From the human T2T-CHM13v2.0 reference genome, Homo sapiens: a stretch of 64,000 nt of DNA. A model generated the notes under the pieces. It saw nothing but the letters and a program-made list of their open reading frames with translations, did no database searches and was not told the DNA's origin. The position numbers were made by a program, and so were the translations under genes. This document shows positions 50,737 to 64,000 of this stretch, piece after piece. Numbering within the stretch: position 1 is the first letter of the stretch; the number at the start of each line of letters is the position of its first letter. Where the stretch lies: assembly GCF_009914755.1 (NCBI RefSeq), contig NC_060933.1; one strand, given 5' to 3'.

Positions 50737-52698
50737 TGAGCTCTCTACAGCACTTGCTGTAGTAGAGTTCGTGAGTCCTAAGGTCACTGTACAGGGGCTA
50801 CAAAGAGCCAGGTGCCCAGTAGATCCTCTACATATGTTAGCTCCAGTCCTGAACAACTGTCTGAACATGGCCCCAGGAACAATGCCACCCTCTGCCCCAG
50901 CCTGAACAGGCTCTGCCAAAACACCTTGTTGTGGGATTTTAACCTGAAGAATGTAATTCCTGAGAGGTCAGAGGCTCCCTGTGCCTCATACATGGGGAAG
51001 TCCTCATCTTCTCTTCCCAGGTGCTGTCAGCCTACCACTATCACCGTACTCTAGCATTCACCCTAAAGCCAGAGTGATCTTTGAGAACTCAAAGCTGGCC
51101 ATGTTTCTTCTGCCTGTGACCCTTTAGAGGCTTCCCACCAACCTCAGGATCAAGACCAAACACTTACACCGCTAAGCATGCATGGCATGGCCTCCACATG
51201 GCTCCAGCCTCTTTAGGAGCCATGCGCCTCCATATCTCCACAGGAGCTCCCTGGCCTCTTCCAGCCCCTCCCACTGCAATGCTTCTCCCATGGGGCCTTT
51301 GTATCCCTGTTCCCTTCTTCCCTGAGCTAGCCCTTCTCATCCTTTGATCTCAGCACCCATGCTGCTTCCTCAGGGAAGTGAAACCTCCATGATGGACTCT
51401 CATGGTGCCATTTCATTGTTGCACTTGTCCCTGTGGCAGCTCAACAACTGATGGTCTGAGAATTTGATTAATGTTTGTCTCTGCAACTAGACTTTACCCC
51501 TAAAAGGGCAGGGACTGTGGCTGTTTCTGTTAACCATTGTACCCCCCAGGCCTGACACACAGTAAACATCAGAAAATAGTTGTGGCATGTTTTCGAGTGA
51601 ATGAATGGATGAATAGCACTCTCCTGTGTGCAGGCCGTGAGGCCATCCCCTAGAGTGTCTCACACCAGAGTTACAAACTCGCTGGCATAACTGGCCATAG
51701 TTCAGGAGAGATGAGGGCAGGTCAAAGGCTGGGGCCACGCACTAAGTGTGTCCAAAGGGCAAGAACGAATGGAACTGGCCGCAGACCAACACTGTTGTTT
51801 TCACTTTCAGTGGGGCTGGGCTCACCCCCAGGTGTCCTTTCCCTAGCTCACTGTCTTTTTCTTTTTTGTGCCTTGAGCCATTAAACCATTATTAGGTCTA
51901 TTCTAGAGCACCCCAAGAGTGCACTTCTCTTTGTTATTGGGGGTACAGCTTGAGTTTGCAGTGCTTCAGGCCTTGAATCATCACAGGTTTGCAACATTTG
52001 ATTTTAGAAGATAGGGCAATAGAACTATAAAAGAGAGTAATAATAATGAGAGTAATAATAGTATAATAGAGTAGTAATAAAAAAGAGTAGTAATAATGTT
52101 GATACTAAACTAGAGATAATAAACATAGGCAACCTGGTTCCACCACCAGGCTTGTATGAGCTTGACAAAGGGCTTAGTCTCTCTGTGCCCCATTTTTCTC
52201 CTGTGGGGTAGGAATGGTAACAGGATCTATTTGATTGGATTCTTGGAAGTATTAAATGAGATAATACAAAAAATATGCACAGAAAAGTGCCTGTAGCATT
52301 CAATAAATATCACGTTTTAAAATTATTGCTAACCATACGCATACAACATAAATCATATATACATGCCAATAACCATTTCTAAGGGAGTGTATAAAATGTG
52401 ACTGTGCCAGTGTTATTTTAGGTTTCTCTTTGGTGACTGCAAATAAAAGGTAAGTTAAATAACAAAATAAAGCAACCAAAATTGATAGATTTTAAAATGG
52501 AATTTCTGTAGTCTTCCTCTTCTTCACAAGTGATGCTTGTTAAGTGGACTCTATGGATTGGGGGGTAGAATTCAGAAGAGAAATTTATGTACAGGAGAAA
52601 AGATTACTGGAAGAGACACAAGTTACTTACTAAATTTTTTCAGAAAAAAAAACTACAAGCTAGGCAGACCTTAGAGATAACCAAAACAGAGAGATAAG

Positions 52699-52759
52699 GA
52701 GGTAGAACGACAGATGGTTTACATTCTCAAGAGGTAGAACGACAGATGATTTTCATTCT
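52699..52759. repeat. 32-bp tandem duplication
   Basis: gaggtagaacgacagatg.ttt.cattct x2. Confidence 0.9.
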
Positions 52760-53039
52760 TGATAAGAATCCAACGAGTCTAAGACTGAAGATATGGGTCA
52801 CAGCTGGGCTGGCACCAATACAGCTCCTGGTTGCCCCGGTAACCGGTCCCCACCCTCCCCGCACTGCCCCCATGCTACAGAGCTGAGGAAAGCCCCCTGT
52901 GAATGGATTAAAGCGTGTCCGTGTCCAAGTCAGAGGCCCTGGTTCTCCCTTGAGGAAGAGTCTAGGGAGGACGTGGGGAGAGTTTTGTGTTCGGAGGGCT
53001 CAGAGCTGCAGTCTGTGTAGAACATGTTAAGGGCTCCCT

Positions 53040-53500
<461 letters not shown>

Positions 53501-54185
53501 GCCAGTCTAGAAACATTCTACCCAAGCTGTGATAAATTATTAGCGTTATGATGAAATTAATAATAAAGAATTTCAAAGCCACCAGTCAGTGAGTCTCCCC
53601 TAGGTGCCCAGCCCACAGTGTCCTATCTGAGCCTGCAGGGGCACCTGAATAGTCTTCAACTTCAAAGTCTATTGTAAAAAGAGGGCTTTTTTTGGGAAAA
53701 AAAAAATCCTGAAAAAAATCTCCTGATTATAATTGTAATATTTGCCCTGTATAGAAAATTTGGAAAGTACTAAAAAATTTTTTCACAAAATATATTACCC
53801 TTGGTCTCATCTTCCAAAAATATCTATGAATTGAATTTTGGAATTCTTCTTTTTCATGGAGGGGGTCAGTATATAACATTCTATATACTTAACTTTTGCA
53901 TCAGGTAAAACACACCCATCTCCCCGCCATTCCCACTCCCCATCTTCCTTCCCGTCTCTCTCCACCCATATTCTACCATTATCTGTTCTCTCTTTACCCA
54001 TCATCCCCTTCCAAAAGACATTTAATTTCTCAAGATGTTTCCATAGGCCAAGAAAGCTTTCTCTAGCCTCATGACATTCTGATTTCACTCTTCGTAGAAC
54101 ATTCATTGTGCTCACCTCCGAGCACTGGGCTGGGAGTCGGGAGTGCACTGCCTTCCCCATCTTTGCGTGTAGGGACTGTCTAGAG

Positions 54186-54409
54186 CAGGGGTGTCCAGTC
54201 GTTTGGCTTCCCTGGGCCACACTGGAAGAAGAATTGTCTTGGGCCACACATAAAATACACTAACATTAACGATAGCTGATGAGCAAAAAAAAAAAAAAAA
54301 AAAAAAAAATCACAAAAAAAATCTCATGTTTTAAGGAAGTTTACAAATTTATGTTGGGCCACATTCAAAGCCGCAGTAGGGTTTGCGGGCTGTGTGTTGT
54401 ACAAGCTTG
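54186..54409 (+). mobile_element. MER30 hAT-Charlie DNA transposon
   Basis: caggggtgtcc...acaagcttg termini; 8-bp TSD gtctagag / atctggag. Confidence 0.88.
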
Positions 54410-54785
54410 ATCTGGAGTGTGAAAACCTTGAACATCAGAGCCATAGGCAGAGATGCTAATTTGGATTGTCTCATTTCTTTCCTCTAAAACTTCTGTGTGT
54501 TTGATTTTCATAACTTATTATATTGTCCACAGTAACTGTCTGGAAGGCACAGAGCTCAGTGAATTTGCTCTAATATCTCCTTCTTCCAATTTCTTCACTG
54601 TAGAGAGATCTCAATTCCCCCCTTTCTTCATTATGAACATAAAATTTGGAGCTCATGTGTCTAGGTCCTTCCTAGCACCTTTACAATAAGGTCCACACTC
54701 CTTAGCAGGCCAGTCAAGGTCTTGAAATTATCTTTATCTTTTAAGATTTACTCTTTCCAAGGCCTGATCAAGATTGGCCTGTCCT

Positions 54786-55108
<323 letters not shown>

Positions 55109-58100
55109 TTATCATAGCCCTTCTTAGTATATCTCCCACAGCCCTCATCACTGCCCTGCAGGTGACTTAATAGATTACTCATTTGCCTCTTCTCTTTGAG
55201 GACAGGAACCACACCATTCATATTTATCCCCAGTGCTCACTCAGTATGGTGCTTTGCAGCACATTTAATGTTTGTGGAATTAAGGCCCAGTGCCTACCAA
55301 ATTCATGAATTTAAACTCTTTCAAAAATTCAGAGTTGGAAATAAGTACTGTTTATTTCAACTGTTAAATCAACCAAAAAATAGTTTATTCCTTTTCTTAT
55401 TTAAATCCCAGAGCAGCTCAATGAATTATATACGATCCCCACTTTACAAATGAACAAAGAGAGGTGCAGAGAAATTAAGTAACTTGAGCAAAGCCACACA
55501 GCAAAGGGAGTCTTTCTAACTTCAAAGATCATACTTCTCCTACTGTGTTAAAGGCCCTGATCATCCAACCATTAAACAAATGATTCACAAGAAGTGAATC
55601 AAGGTTTGTTAAATTGAGAGAAAAGGGTTAGACAGAGGGTGAGAATGACAGCAGGAATGAGAGGGGCAGTTCCCCACAAGCACATCCATGGTAGGGGTTA
55701 GGCCTTAAAGATGTCTGAGGCACTGACTTAAAGGGTGGTCATGACGGCACTGACATGGTAGCCTGGCTTAAAGCAGGTCAGGCACTAGAACTTGAATTTC
55801 TACACTGGCGCTGCCTTGGAAAAAACCTTTCTCCTTGTGGCTTTATGGGAATCTCCAAAGAAAATTCATAATCATTTAATTATGATTCACTATTTGGAAA
55901 TTTCAGGAATAATGTTCAAAGTGCTGCTCTTTTATTTCCAACCCTCTCTATTGTTTTTATGACTGATGGACACAGTCCTTACTGGTGCATGGTCATTAAT
56001 CTGGTCTGCCATAAATTCCGATAAGGTGGATGTCTAAAAGCACCTATTTTTGTTTAAATAGTTTTATATTTATGTTTATTATGGCTTTCATAGTTGAGAT
56101 TCTGAAAAACTTTATTATGACTAGATGAAGCAGTGTGCTTTATTATTGACTAAAGCATCCATTAAGGCACTATTAAAACAATGAAAAAACATGTATTCAA
56201 AGTAAAGCTCTATTTCTTTGTACACAAGATAGAGAACTTATTACCCAAATATGTTTTCTGTAATTTTTGTTTGTTTCATTCTTATGAAATATTTCAGGCA
56301 CATAGAAAGTATAATGAATAAGATAGTCAACACTCAGCTTAATGAAAAGTATATTTGTTTCCTAAGCCATAAAATAATACAGAGATTGATCTCCATTTCC
56401 ACAGCACAAGCAAATAGAAATATTTGTGCAGATGGAATGGCGGAATGTACAATCTGAGCAAAATAGCAAAATGCAAGTTTGTGCCTCTGCTAATAAGAAA
56501 GAAATTCTGGTATTTAAACAAATTGTCCTCTCTCTTTGGTTCACCCCAAACTCATTATGAACATTTACTCGTGCCAAAAAGAAATTAATTTTTTTCTGTG
56601 TATTTCATCTCTGAGTCAGTCCTAATTCATAGTTCGAATTGCCCCTTAACTCTAAGTAGATATGTGATCATGTAAATTAGCATTCAGCCCTCAGAACTTT
56701 CCAATCACTTCCTCTTCTAAAGCATTCTTCTTGCTGAATGGAGATTCGCAGCCCACGGCACTAGTCTTAAATAAAGCCTTAAAAGTCCCATCCAGAGACT
56801 TCTACAATGACAAGGGGTGCACCTTGGAAAAGGCTGGTTGACTACCCAGCTGGGACTCCAGGGCTGGCTCTCTGTCTTGCAGGCCCAGCCCCCTTGATAT
56901 TGTCAACACACTGAACATGGATTCATCTGTCATGTGAGACCCCTACCAATCAGGTTTACAAGTTCCTGCATAAACCAAAATGCCAGTTGATCAATGTACC
57001 AAAAGAAATACAACTGTCACGTGGCCTGTAACAATCACATTAGTACCCACATTTTCAGAAACCAACATACAGAGGTTTCTTAGTGAACATGGGAGAGTTA
57101 GGACCAAAGAATCTGGTGGCGCGAGACCATGCATTAGTAGGAAAAGGCTTGCTAATGAGAATACGATGTTCAAAGGCCAATGGCCAAGGCACCATGTCCG
57201 CTGGACAGTGCTTCACATTTCAATCTACAGTGCCCTGCTCTGGCCTTCTTGCCTACCCAGCCTGCCTGGGACAGACATGCTTCCTCTAGGTATGTGAAAA
57301 TATTAAGATGGATCACAGTGATGCCTTGCTAGCCTGGGAGTCATTCTAACTCCTTCGCATGACCTTACACATCGCTGCCCCTTCCTTTTAACTGTTGATC
57401 TTTAAATTTAACCCTTAGAGAACAATCTTATTTCCTTCTTTTCCAAGTCCTTAGGAAAGCACCTCGCTGTGGTCCTCATTTTCTCAAAGATAAATCCTTT
57501 GACTCATAGCTTTGTAGAAGTTGACATAATTTCTATGATTTGAAGGCAGATGCCTCCATTTTCATGTAAAACATACTCTGGGGTTAGAAATCAGTCCCCT
57601 AAATGCTTATTCTATGCGGGCCAGTACATGCCACATTTTTATAGGACTGAATCCCAGAGTGGGAAGTAGAACCTCCTGCTAATGTGGGAGGCTTCAAGGC
57701 CCAGTGCCTTCTTTCATTACAACTGTCTGTTAGAGGAGCTGTTTTAGAAAATATATCCAAGAGGGTTTTTTTATAAAAAGCTGACATATAGCAGTATTAT
57801 CTTTTTCATCTCCATTAGCCTGTGAATGTAGTAGAAAAGCTTGGCTAATTACAAGGGGAATAAGAGAAAGAAAGGAATTTAGAAAGATGAGTTCAAATGG
57901 TACCTTAGGAATTACTCAAACTTAGAATGATCATATCTAGGGTATTGGACCAAAAGCACCTACAACAGTGGCTGGGTCTCCCTACACACACAATCAGCAC
58001 TTATAAATGGATAAAGGAAAGTGGAAATCCAAATTTGTGCTTGAAAGGGCAGCTTCTCCCCAGGGGCAATTTTCCATCAAAAAATACTTCAGAGGTCAGT

Positions 58101-58389
58101 CAATCCAGCTAATTGTCCCTGTAGCCTATAATCCTTGACATCCTTCTTCCCCATTCCCCACCATAAGCCCAGAAAACACTGAATTGCAATGGTAGTTTCA
58201 AGTTGCATAAATGTAGACTGCCCAACTTTTTTTCTCTTCACAGAGTGTCCAGAACATCTAGTTTTTTAGTAGGATGTCCTAGAAAACCTTGCCAATAATA
58301 AGCATTAAATATATACACTCTTCTCCAAGAGCACATAAAGTCTCCTCATATATTCTAACATTAATAACTTTATTTTGTGTTTTATTAAC

Positions 58390-58633
58390 CACAAAAGAAA
58401 GACATTTTCTGACACACACAAAGACAGAAGGGCAGACTGTCAACTTCTCAGTCTAATGGAGAAATTTCAAAAACCTTTCTTGAAAATTTATACAGCAAGC
58501 AGACAAAAGAAATTATGAGTAAGGATACAGAAGATTTGAATAAATGCATTAAGTCTGACATAGGCATTAATGAAAAGTAAATAACCATATTATTTTCAAG
58601 TATATGTGGGACATTTGTAAAAATTGACCATGT
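58390..58633 (+). repeat. Local duplicate of L1 segment 60534-60763
   Basis: Shared sequence cacaaagacagaaggg..gactgtcaacttctcagtctaatgga...gacataggcattaatgaaaa...gtgggacattt.taaaaattgac. Confidence 0.9.
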
Positions 58634-61169
58634 GGTCTGCAAATATGGAGCTGGTAAGCCTCATCATCTTGTTACTGCATTTACAAAAAACCACACTTGT
58701 TTCACTACATACACCTCCCAGACAAGTGCTAACATAAACAGATGTTTCATTTGTTAAGTACATTTCAGCTCTAAGTACATACATGACAGTAACTGTTGTG
58801 ATTTGAGTAATGATTTATGTTAATTATGTAGCTATTGACATTTAGATTATAATTTGTGTAAACTGTGTGACTGTCATCATTTGATCTGTACATTTTGTGA
58901 TTTTTGTAGCTATTACATTTGAACTCCTAAGTGATCTCTGGTTAAATAGTGTGTGCATGGAAGTAAAGTCTTAAGAGTTCTATGATTAATAAACTTACGG
59001 GACCCTCAATCCTACATTAGCACGCAGTGCTTTAAAAATAATCTTGTATTTGATATGAAGAAAAAGAAATATTATTTCTAATTCTCCTCTTCCTTCTATG
59101 GAGGGTGGATCCAGGTAACTAGAGGGTTTTTGACTTGCTGAGCACAAAGTGATAGCCTTGGTAGAATGACCTTGCACTTACTGAAGATAAATTACTGTGA
59201 ATAAGAAATGGCCTGAGCCCAGGGGAGATACCCAGGAGCTAAAGGTGGTTACCCAGAGCTGGAGAGCTTAAAAGGCTCCTCATGGAAAAGATCAAAGGAA
59301 AATAAAAATGGCCAAAGTCCAAAGCAAAACGAGAACATCTCATGTGCCAAAATCAAAGTGTGGCAAGGCTGAACTAAACCAGAATAACCCACTCCCCCAC
59401 ATTTTTTGACTGTATAAAAGCCAGGAGAGCAGGAGGCTGAGGTTTTGATGAGCCTATAGAGATGGGAGATAAGATTGTAAGCCTGTATGAAGCATGGAGC
59501 TGGACCTGAGTATCTTACATAAAGTCTTGTTGTTGTTGTTAGCATTGATGTCAAGTTGTAGAATATAAAGTCCTCATATAAGGGCTGTCTTTGAATGAGG
59601 ACTAAAAATATTGCCACCCACTGAACTCAAAAGGAGCAAAAAATCTAGCTGCCTCCCTGGGCCACAGGTGGGAAAAAACAATCATCCTTGAGAAACCTGA
59701 GCTCCGGCTACACCCAAATTCACACTATATGACAAAGAGGCACCAAGCTTATAAACTGACATAAAACTGTTCTAGAATTGGTGAAACTGCCCGTGAAAGT
59801 GTTTCCAAAACTTAGGACTCCCACAAAGGAAAAAAAAAAATCCTTTGCTGAAGATGAAACTACAATCAGAAACTATAAACTATATGGGAAAATGGACCAC
59901 TATGAGAGAGAATCAGCAAAAACACTAATGGTAAGATGTTGTTCTCCAAGAACTAGACATAATAGAATCAAATGGAAGACAAGAATAGGAAAATTTGAAA
60001 AAGAATGAAATAAAAATATTAGAAATAAAACAATCAATAGATGGATTAAACAATAAACTAGTACAGCTGAAGAGAGAACTAGTGAATTAGAAGAAAAGCA
60101 GATTGGAGGATATTACCCAGGATGAAGAAGAGAGCTAAACAGAAAATATTCAAGAAAAATGAATAGATGTGTATGATAAAATGTCAAACTTCCTGGATAG
60201 CTACAAGGAACCCAAGTAAATAGAATAGGAGAAAGGCTATATTCAAATAGGTAGTAACAACTTTTCCAGGGTATGAGTACTCACACTGAATACGCAAAAT
60301 AAGTCCTGAGCAGGGCAAGAATAAAACTGCAAAGCCGCTCAAAGACAAAGAGGCTTTTCCCTACATAAAGCTACCAGAGATAAGATATATTTTCTAAAGG
60401 ATTGACTAATACACTAAAAGAGACTTCTCAACAATAAAGGCCCAAACAAAATGAAATAATTATTCAAACTATTGAAAAATAATGGTCAACCAAGAATTCT
60501 TCACCAACTAAAAAAATCTTATTCACAAGTAAGCACAAAATAAAGACATTTTCTAACATACACAAAGACAGAAGGGTGGACTGTCAACTTCTCAGTCTAA
60601 TGGAATTTCAAATAACTTGAAAAATTGATACATAAAGTAGACAAAAGAAATTATTAGTAAGAATATAGAAGATTTGAATAAATGCATCAAGCCTGACATA
60701 GGCATTAATGAAAAATAATATTCTTTTTAAGTACATGTGGGACATTTATAAAAATTGACATGTACTAGACCACAAAGAGTATTGCCACAAATTTCAAAGA
60801 ATCAGTATCATACCACTCACATTTTTTACTATAATGAACTGTAAATCAATAATAAAAATGCACACACATCACCAAAATGGTTGGGAACTCTAAAAATAAA
60901 TAAGCAAATTTTTTAAAAAATTAACATTCATATAAATAATTTATGTTAAAAGTCACAATGGAAATTACAGAATATTAAGTAATATACAACAAAAGTACTA
61001 TCAATTAAAATTTGTGGGATGCAGTTACAACATTACTTAGAGGGAAACTAGCCTCTAAATACATTTTTGGGAAATAACAAGAATGAAAAGTAACGAGCTA
61101 GTTACTCAGTTCAAGTAGAAAAAAATAAATGCAGGAAATAACAGAAATGAATGCTAGTGAAAACAAACT

Positions 61170-61210
61170 GGGCACATGTTCTCAGGATCTCCTGAGGGCT
61201 GTGTCATGGG
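61170..61210 (+). mobile_element. 41-nt MER4-group LTR fragment with TSD-like flanks
   Basis: gggcacatgttctcaggatctcctgagggctgtgtcatggg flanked by aaaacaaact / aaaataaact. Confidence 0.7.
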
Positions 61211-62284
61211 AAAAAATAAACTATGAACAAAAGCTAGTTGTTTGACAAAATAAAAATAGATCTCTGGTGAGACTCATCAAGAAGAAAGCAGCACAATTGA
61301 GATGAATAATGAAAAGAGGGAGGTGGAAAACCTGATGCCAGTAAATTTGAAGACTTAGACAAAATTGGATAATTTCAGTGAAAAATATCAAGACTGGGGA
61401 AAATGGGGTTGGATGGCAGTGATCTAGTGGCAGATACTGCTTAGGGACACCTGCTTTTTCCCCAGTGAAATTGTGACTATTCTGGTGCTGCATTTGGCTT
61501 AAGCAGCAGAAGGTCCAGAGAGCTGTATAATTTATAGTAAGGGCATGGATTGTTTATGTTACTCCTTTGAAGTAATGACAAAGGTGATAAAAAGTGACTA
61601 TCTTGTACAGCAAGTGTAACCTACAGATACGAACTGTGTTCAAGGTTCTGGAGGCCTGGAAGCTGGGCTGAAATGAGCTGAATCTGCTCCTGCTGTGTGG
61701 CTGCCTGGCTTCCACCAAGTTCCTGATTCTTTAGCCAAGTAAGAGGATGCAGTAAGAGATGGGAAGGGCAGGGATGGTGGCTCACCTGTCTAAGTGTGGT
61801 CTCTTCCTGCCATCATAAATGTTGTAGCTACCAAAAGTGAATCAGGAATAGAAAACCTGAATACAATACAATGCTCATTAAAGAAATTGAATCTGTAATG
61901 AAAGATCTCCCCTCAAAAAAGGCCCCAGGCCCAGAAGGTTTTTCAGATGAGTTTTATCAAACATAATATATTATATACAAGCTGTTTGAAAGAACAGGAC
62001 AAAAGGGAAAACTATCCTACTCATTTTATAAAGCTAGTAAAGCCCTGATACCGACATTTAATATGGACCATATTTTTAAAATATAGGCCCATCTCAAGTA
62101 TATAAAATCAAAAATTCTAAATAAAACGGTAGTAATCAAATGCCTAAAAGCAAGGACTTTTAAAAACACATCATGTTTCTGGAATCAGCTTCAAAATAAC
62201 CTAGGATGGGATTATTTGGGATGTGGGATGTGGTTGGGGGCATACGTATAACAAGACTAATAGTGGGTTGAAAATAGCTGAAGC

Positions 62285-62637
<353 letters not shown>

Positions 62638-63273
62638 TCAGTGTGTTTAAATTTTTCAATAATAGAAAGTTTTTTTTGTTTTGTTTTCCAATGCATTATG
62701 GCCAATAATCAGGATTTGCGCCAGGAAGGAGAGAATTTACTTGTCTCAGGAGGATTTCTTTGTGAAACACTGTAGCACGTGCTACGTAAATTTCATCTGT
62801 CTTCTCTTTGGCAAAAATATAAATTTCTTAAAATAATTTTATCTGAGGGGAATTTTGTTCTTTGGAGGGTTTGAAGAATAGGACCAGGGGACAGCTGACG
62901 TAAGGGTTTATGTGAATATCTCTCTACATTTGAGATCAGAGATACCTAAAGAATACAGGCAGTACAATAAAAGATTTGTAAACGTATCAGAACCAGGGAG
63001 GACACGTGTAAAATGGGGAGATTAATATGGGGAGATACATACTGGTACTTTAGGGCAATTTTTATTATTATGAAAAGAGCCACTGACACCAGCTGAAAGA
63101 AAATGTTTCTGCCCAGCAGCTGGCCCCTCAGCCTTGTGCATGGCCCACTCCTCACACCACTGAGCTCTCGCTGGACCTTAACATTTGTGAACATGATATA
63201 ACTGTTTCTCTACAAACAAACAATACCTGGAGAAGTCACGTAGTGTCTGGGTTTTTGTTTTTGTTTTTTTCAG

Positions 63274-63317
63274 GACCGGATTCCATGGCTCTGTAACTTG
63301 CATGACATTTTACTAAG
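63274..63317 (+). CDS. IDNK: IDNK coding exon 4 (44 nt); CDS continues beyond the window
   Basis: ttttttcag|DRIPWLCNLHDILL(R)|gtaaga; in frame with exon 3; GntK DR.PWL motif. Confidence 0.96.
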
Positions 63318-63489
63318 GTAAGAGACCACCAGGCCTTGGCATAAGCCAAAGCCAGCAGGTAAAGAAAACCCTCAGAAAAGACAGGGAAAAAAAATACACT
63401 CCTGAAATCACAACTGACTGATGGTAAAGGATTCTAGAAACTGGCTGCACTTCTATCAGGTAACCACAATGATTTCAACCAGCCACAGG

Positions 63490-63720
63490 CAGCATGGAGT
63501 TTAGTCGGGCTCTGGAGACAAACCTTCTAGACAGCTCCACACAGTTACTAGCTAGCAGTCTTGATCAGCTACTTGGTTCCCATAAGTCTGTTTCTTCATC
63601 AGTAAAATGGGAATTAATATAGTTCCTACTCACAGATTTTTGTAAGGAATAAGTGAGTTGGTGAGTGGGCAACAGAACAATATCTGATACATAGTAAGTG
63701 CTCAAAAAGTGTCCACTGAT
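63490..63720 (+). mobile_element. MIR
   Basis: ctgtttcttcatcagtaaaatgggaattaatatagttcctactcacagatt core. Confidence 0.75.
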
Positions 63721-64000
63721 GCCACTTCTGTTATTGCCTATCTCAGTCAATTTTTCTTCCCTTTACTTCAAGCTGTGACTACCAGGAAGGCCTGAGGTCA
63801 TTTGTGAGTGAACAGGTAATTAGCCACCAGGATTAGAGTCCACATTGCCCAGCTCTGCAGCATGCCCCTGAGCGAACAGGGTCCCCCCCCAACAGCACCC
63901 ATGACCCCAGTGGAAATCCTGGTCGGGACGTGGAGAAGGATAAGGAAAAGGCAGGGAGTGGGTTACGGATCTTGCTTTCTAAGATGAAGTCATATTTTAT

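Overview
Human, repeat-dense genomic DNA (a human-specific AluYb8 is present). It contains the CpG-island promoter and first four coding exons of IDNK (gluconokinase) on the + strand: 44905-44954, 49907-49937, 50599-50685 and 63274-63317. The last exon lies beyond the window. From recall this is chr9q21.32, between FRMD3 and UBQLN1. The upstream ~44 kb is intergenic and mostly L1, Alu, L2/MIR, MaLR/ERV LTRs and a very decayed CR1-like LINE. The most notable unexplained structure is a set of locally templated DNA insertions. (1) An unprocessed copy of UBQLN1 exon 3 with intron-like flanks (exon at 39189-39304), followed ~1.3 kb later by an 85-bp copy of IDNK intron 3. (2) A full-length U4 snRNA retropseudogene split by a ~186-bp copy of sequence from 1.9 kb downstream. 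(3) A ~240-bp local copy of a rearranged L1 piece. (4) A ~435-bp orphan insert in an L1. There is also a 41-nt hairpin LTR-derived retrocopy. I found no novel protein-coding system. Repeat subfamily names and boundaries are by eye and from memory of consensus sequences, so they are approximate.
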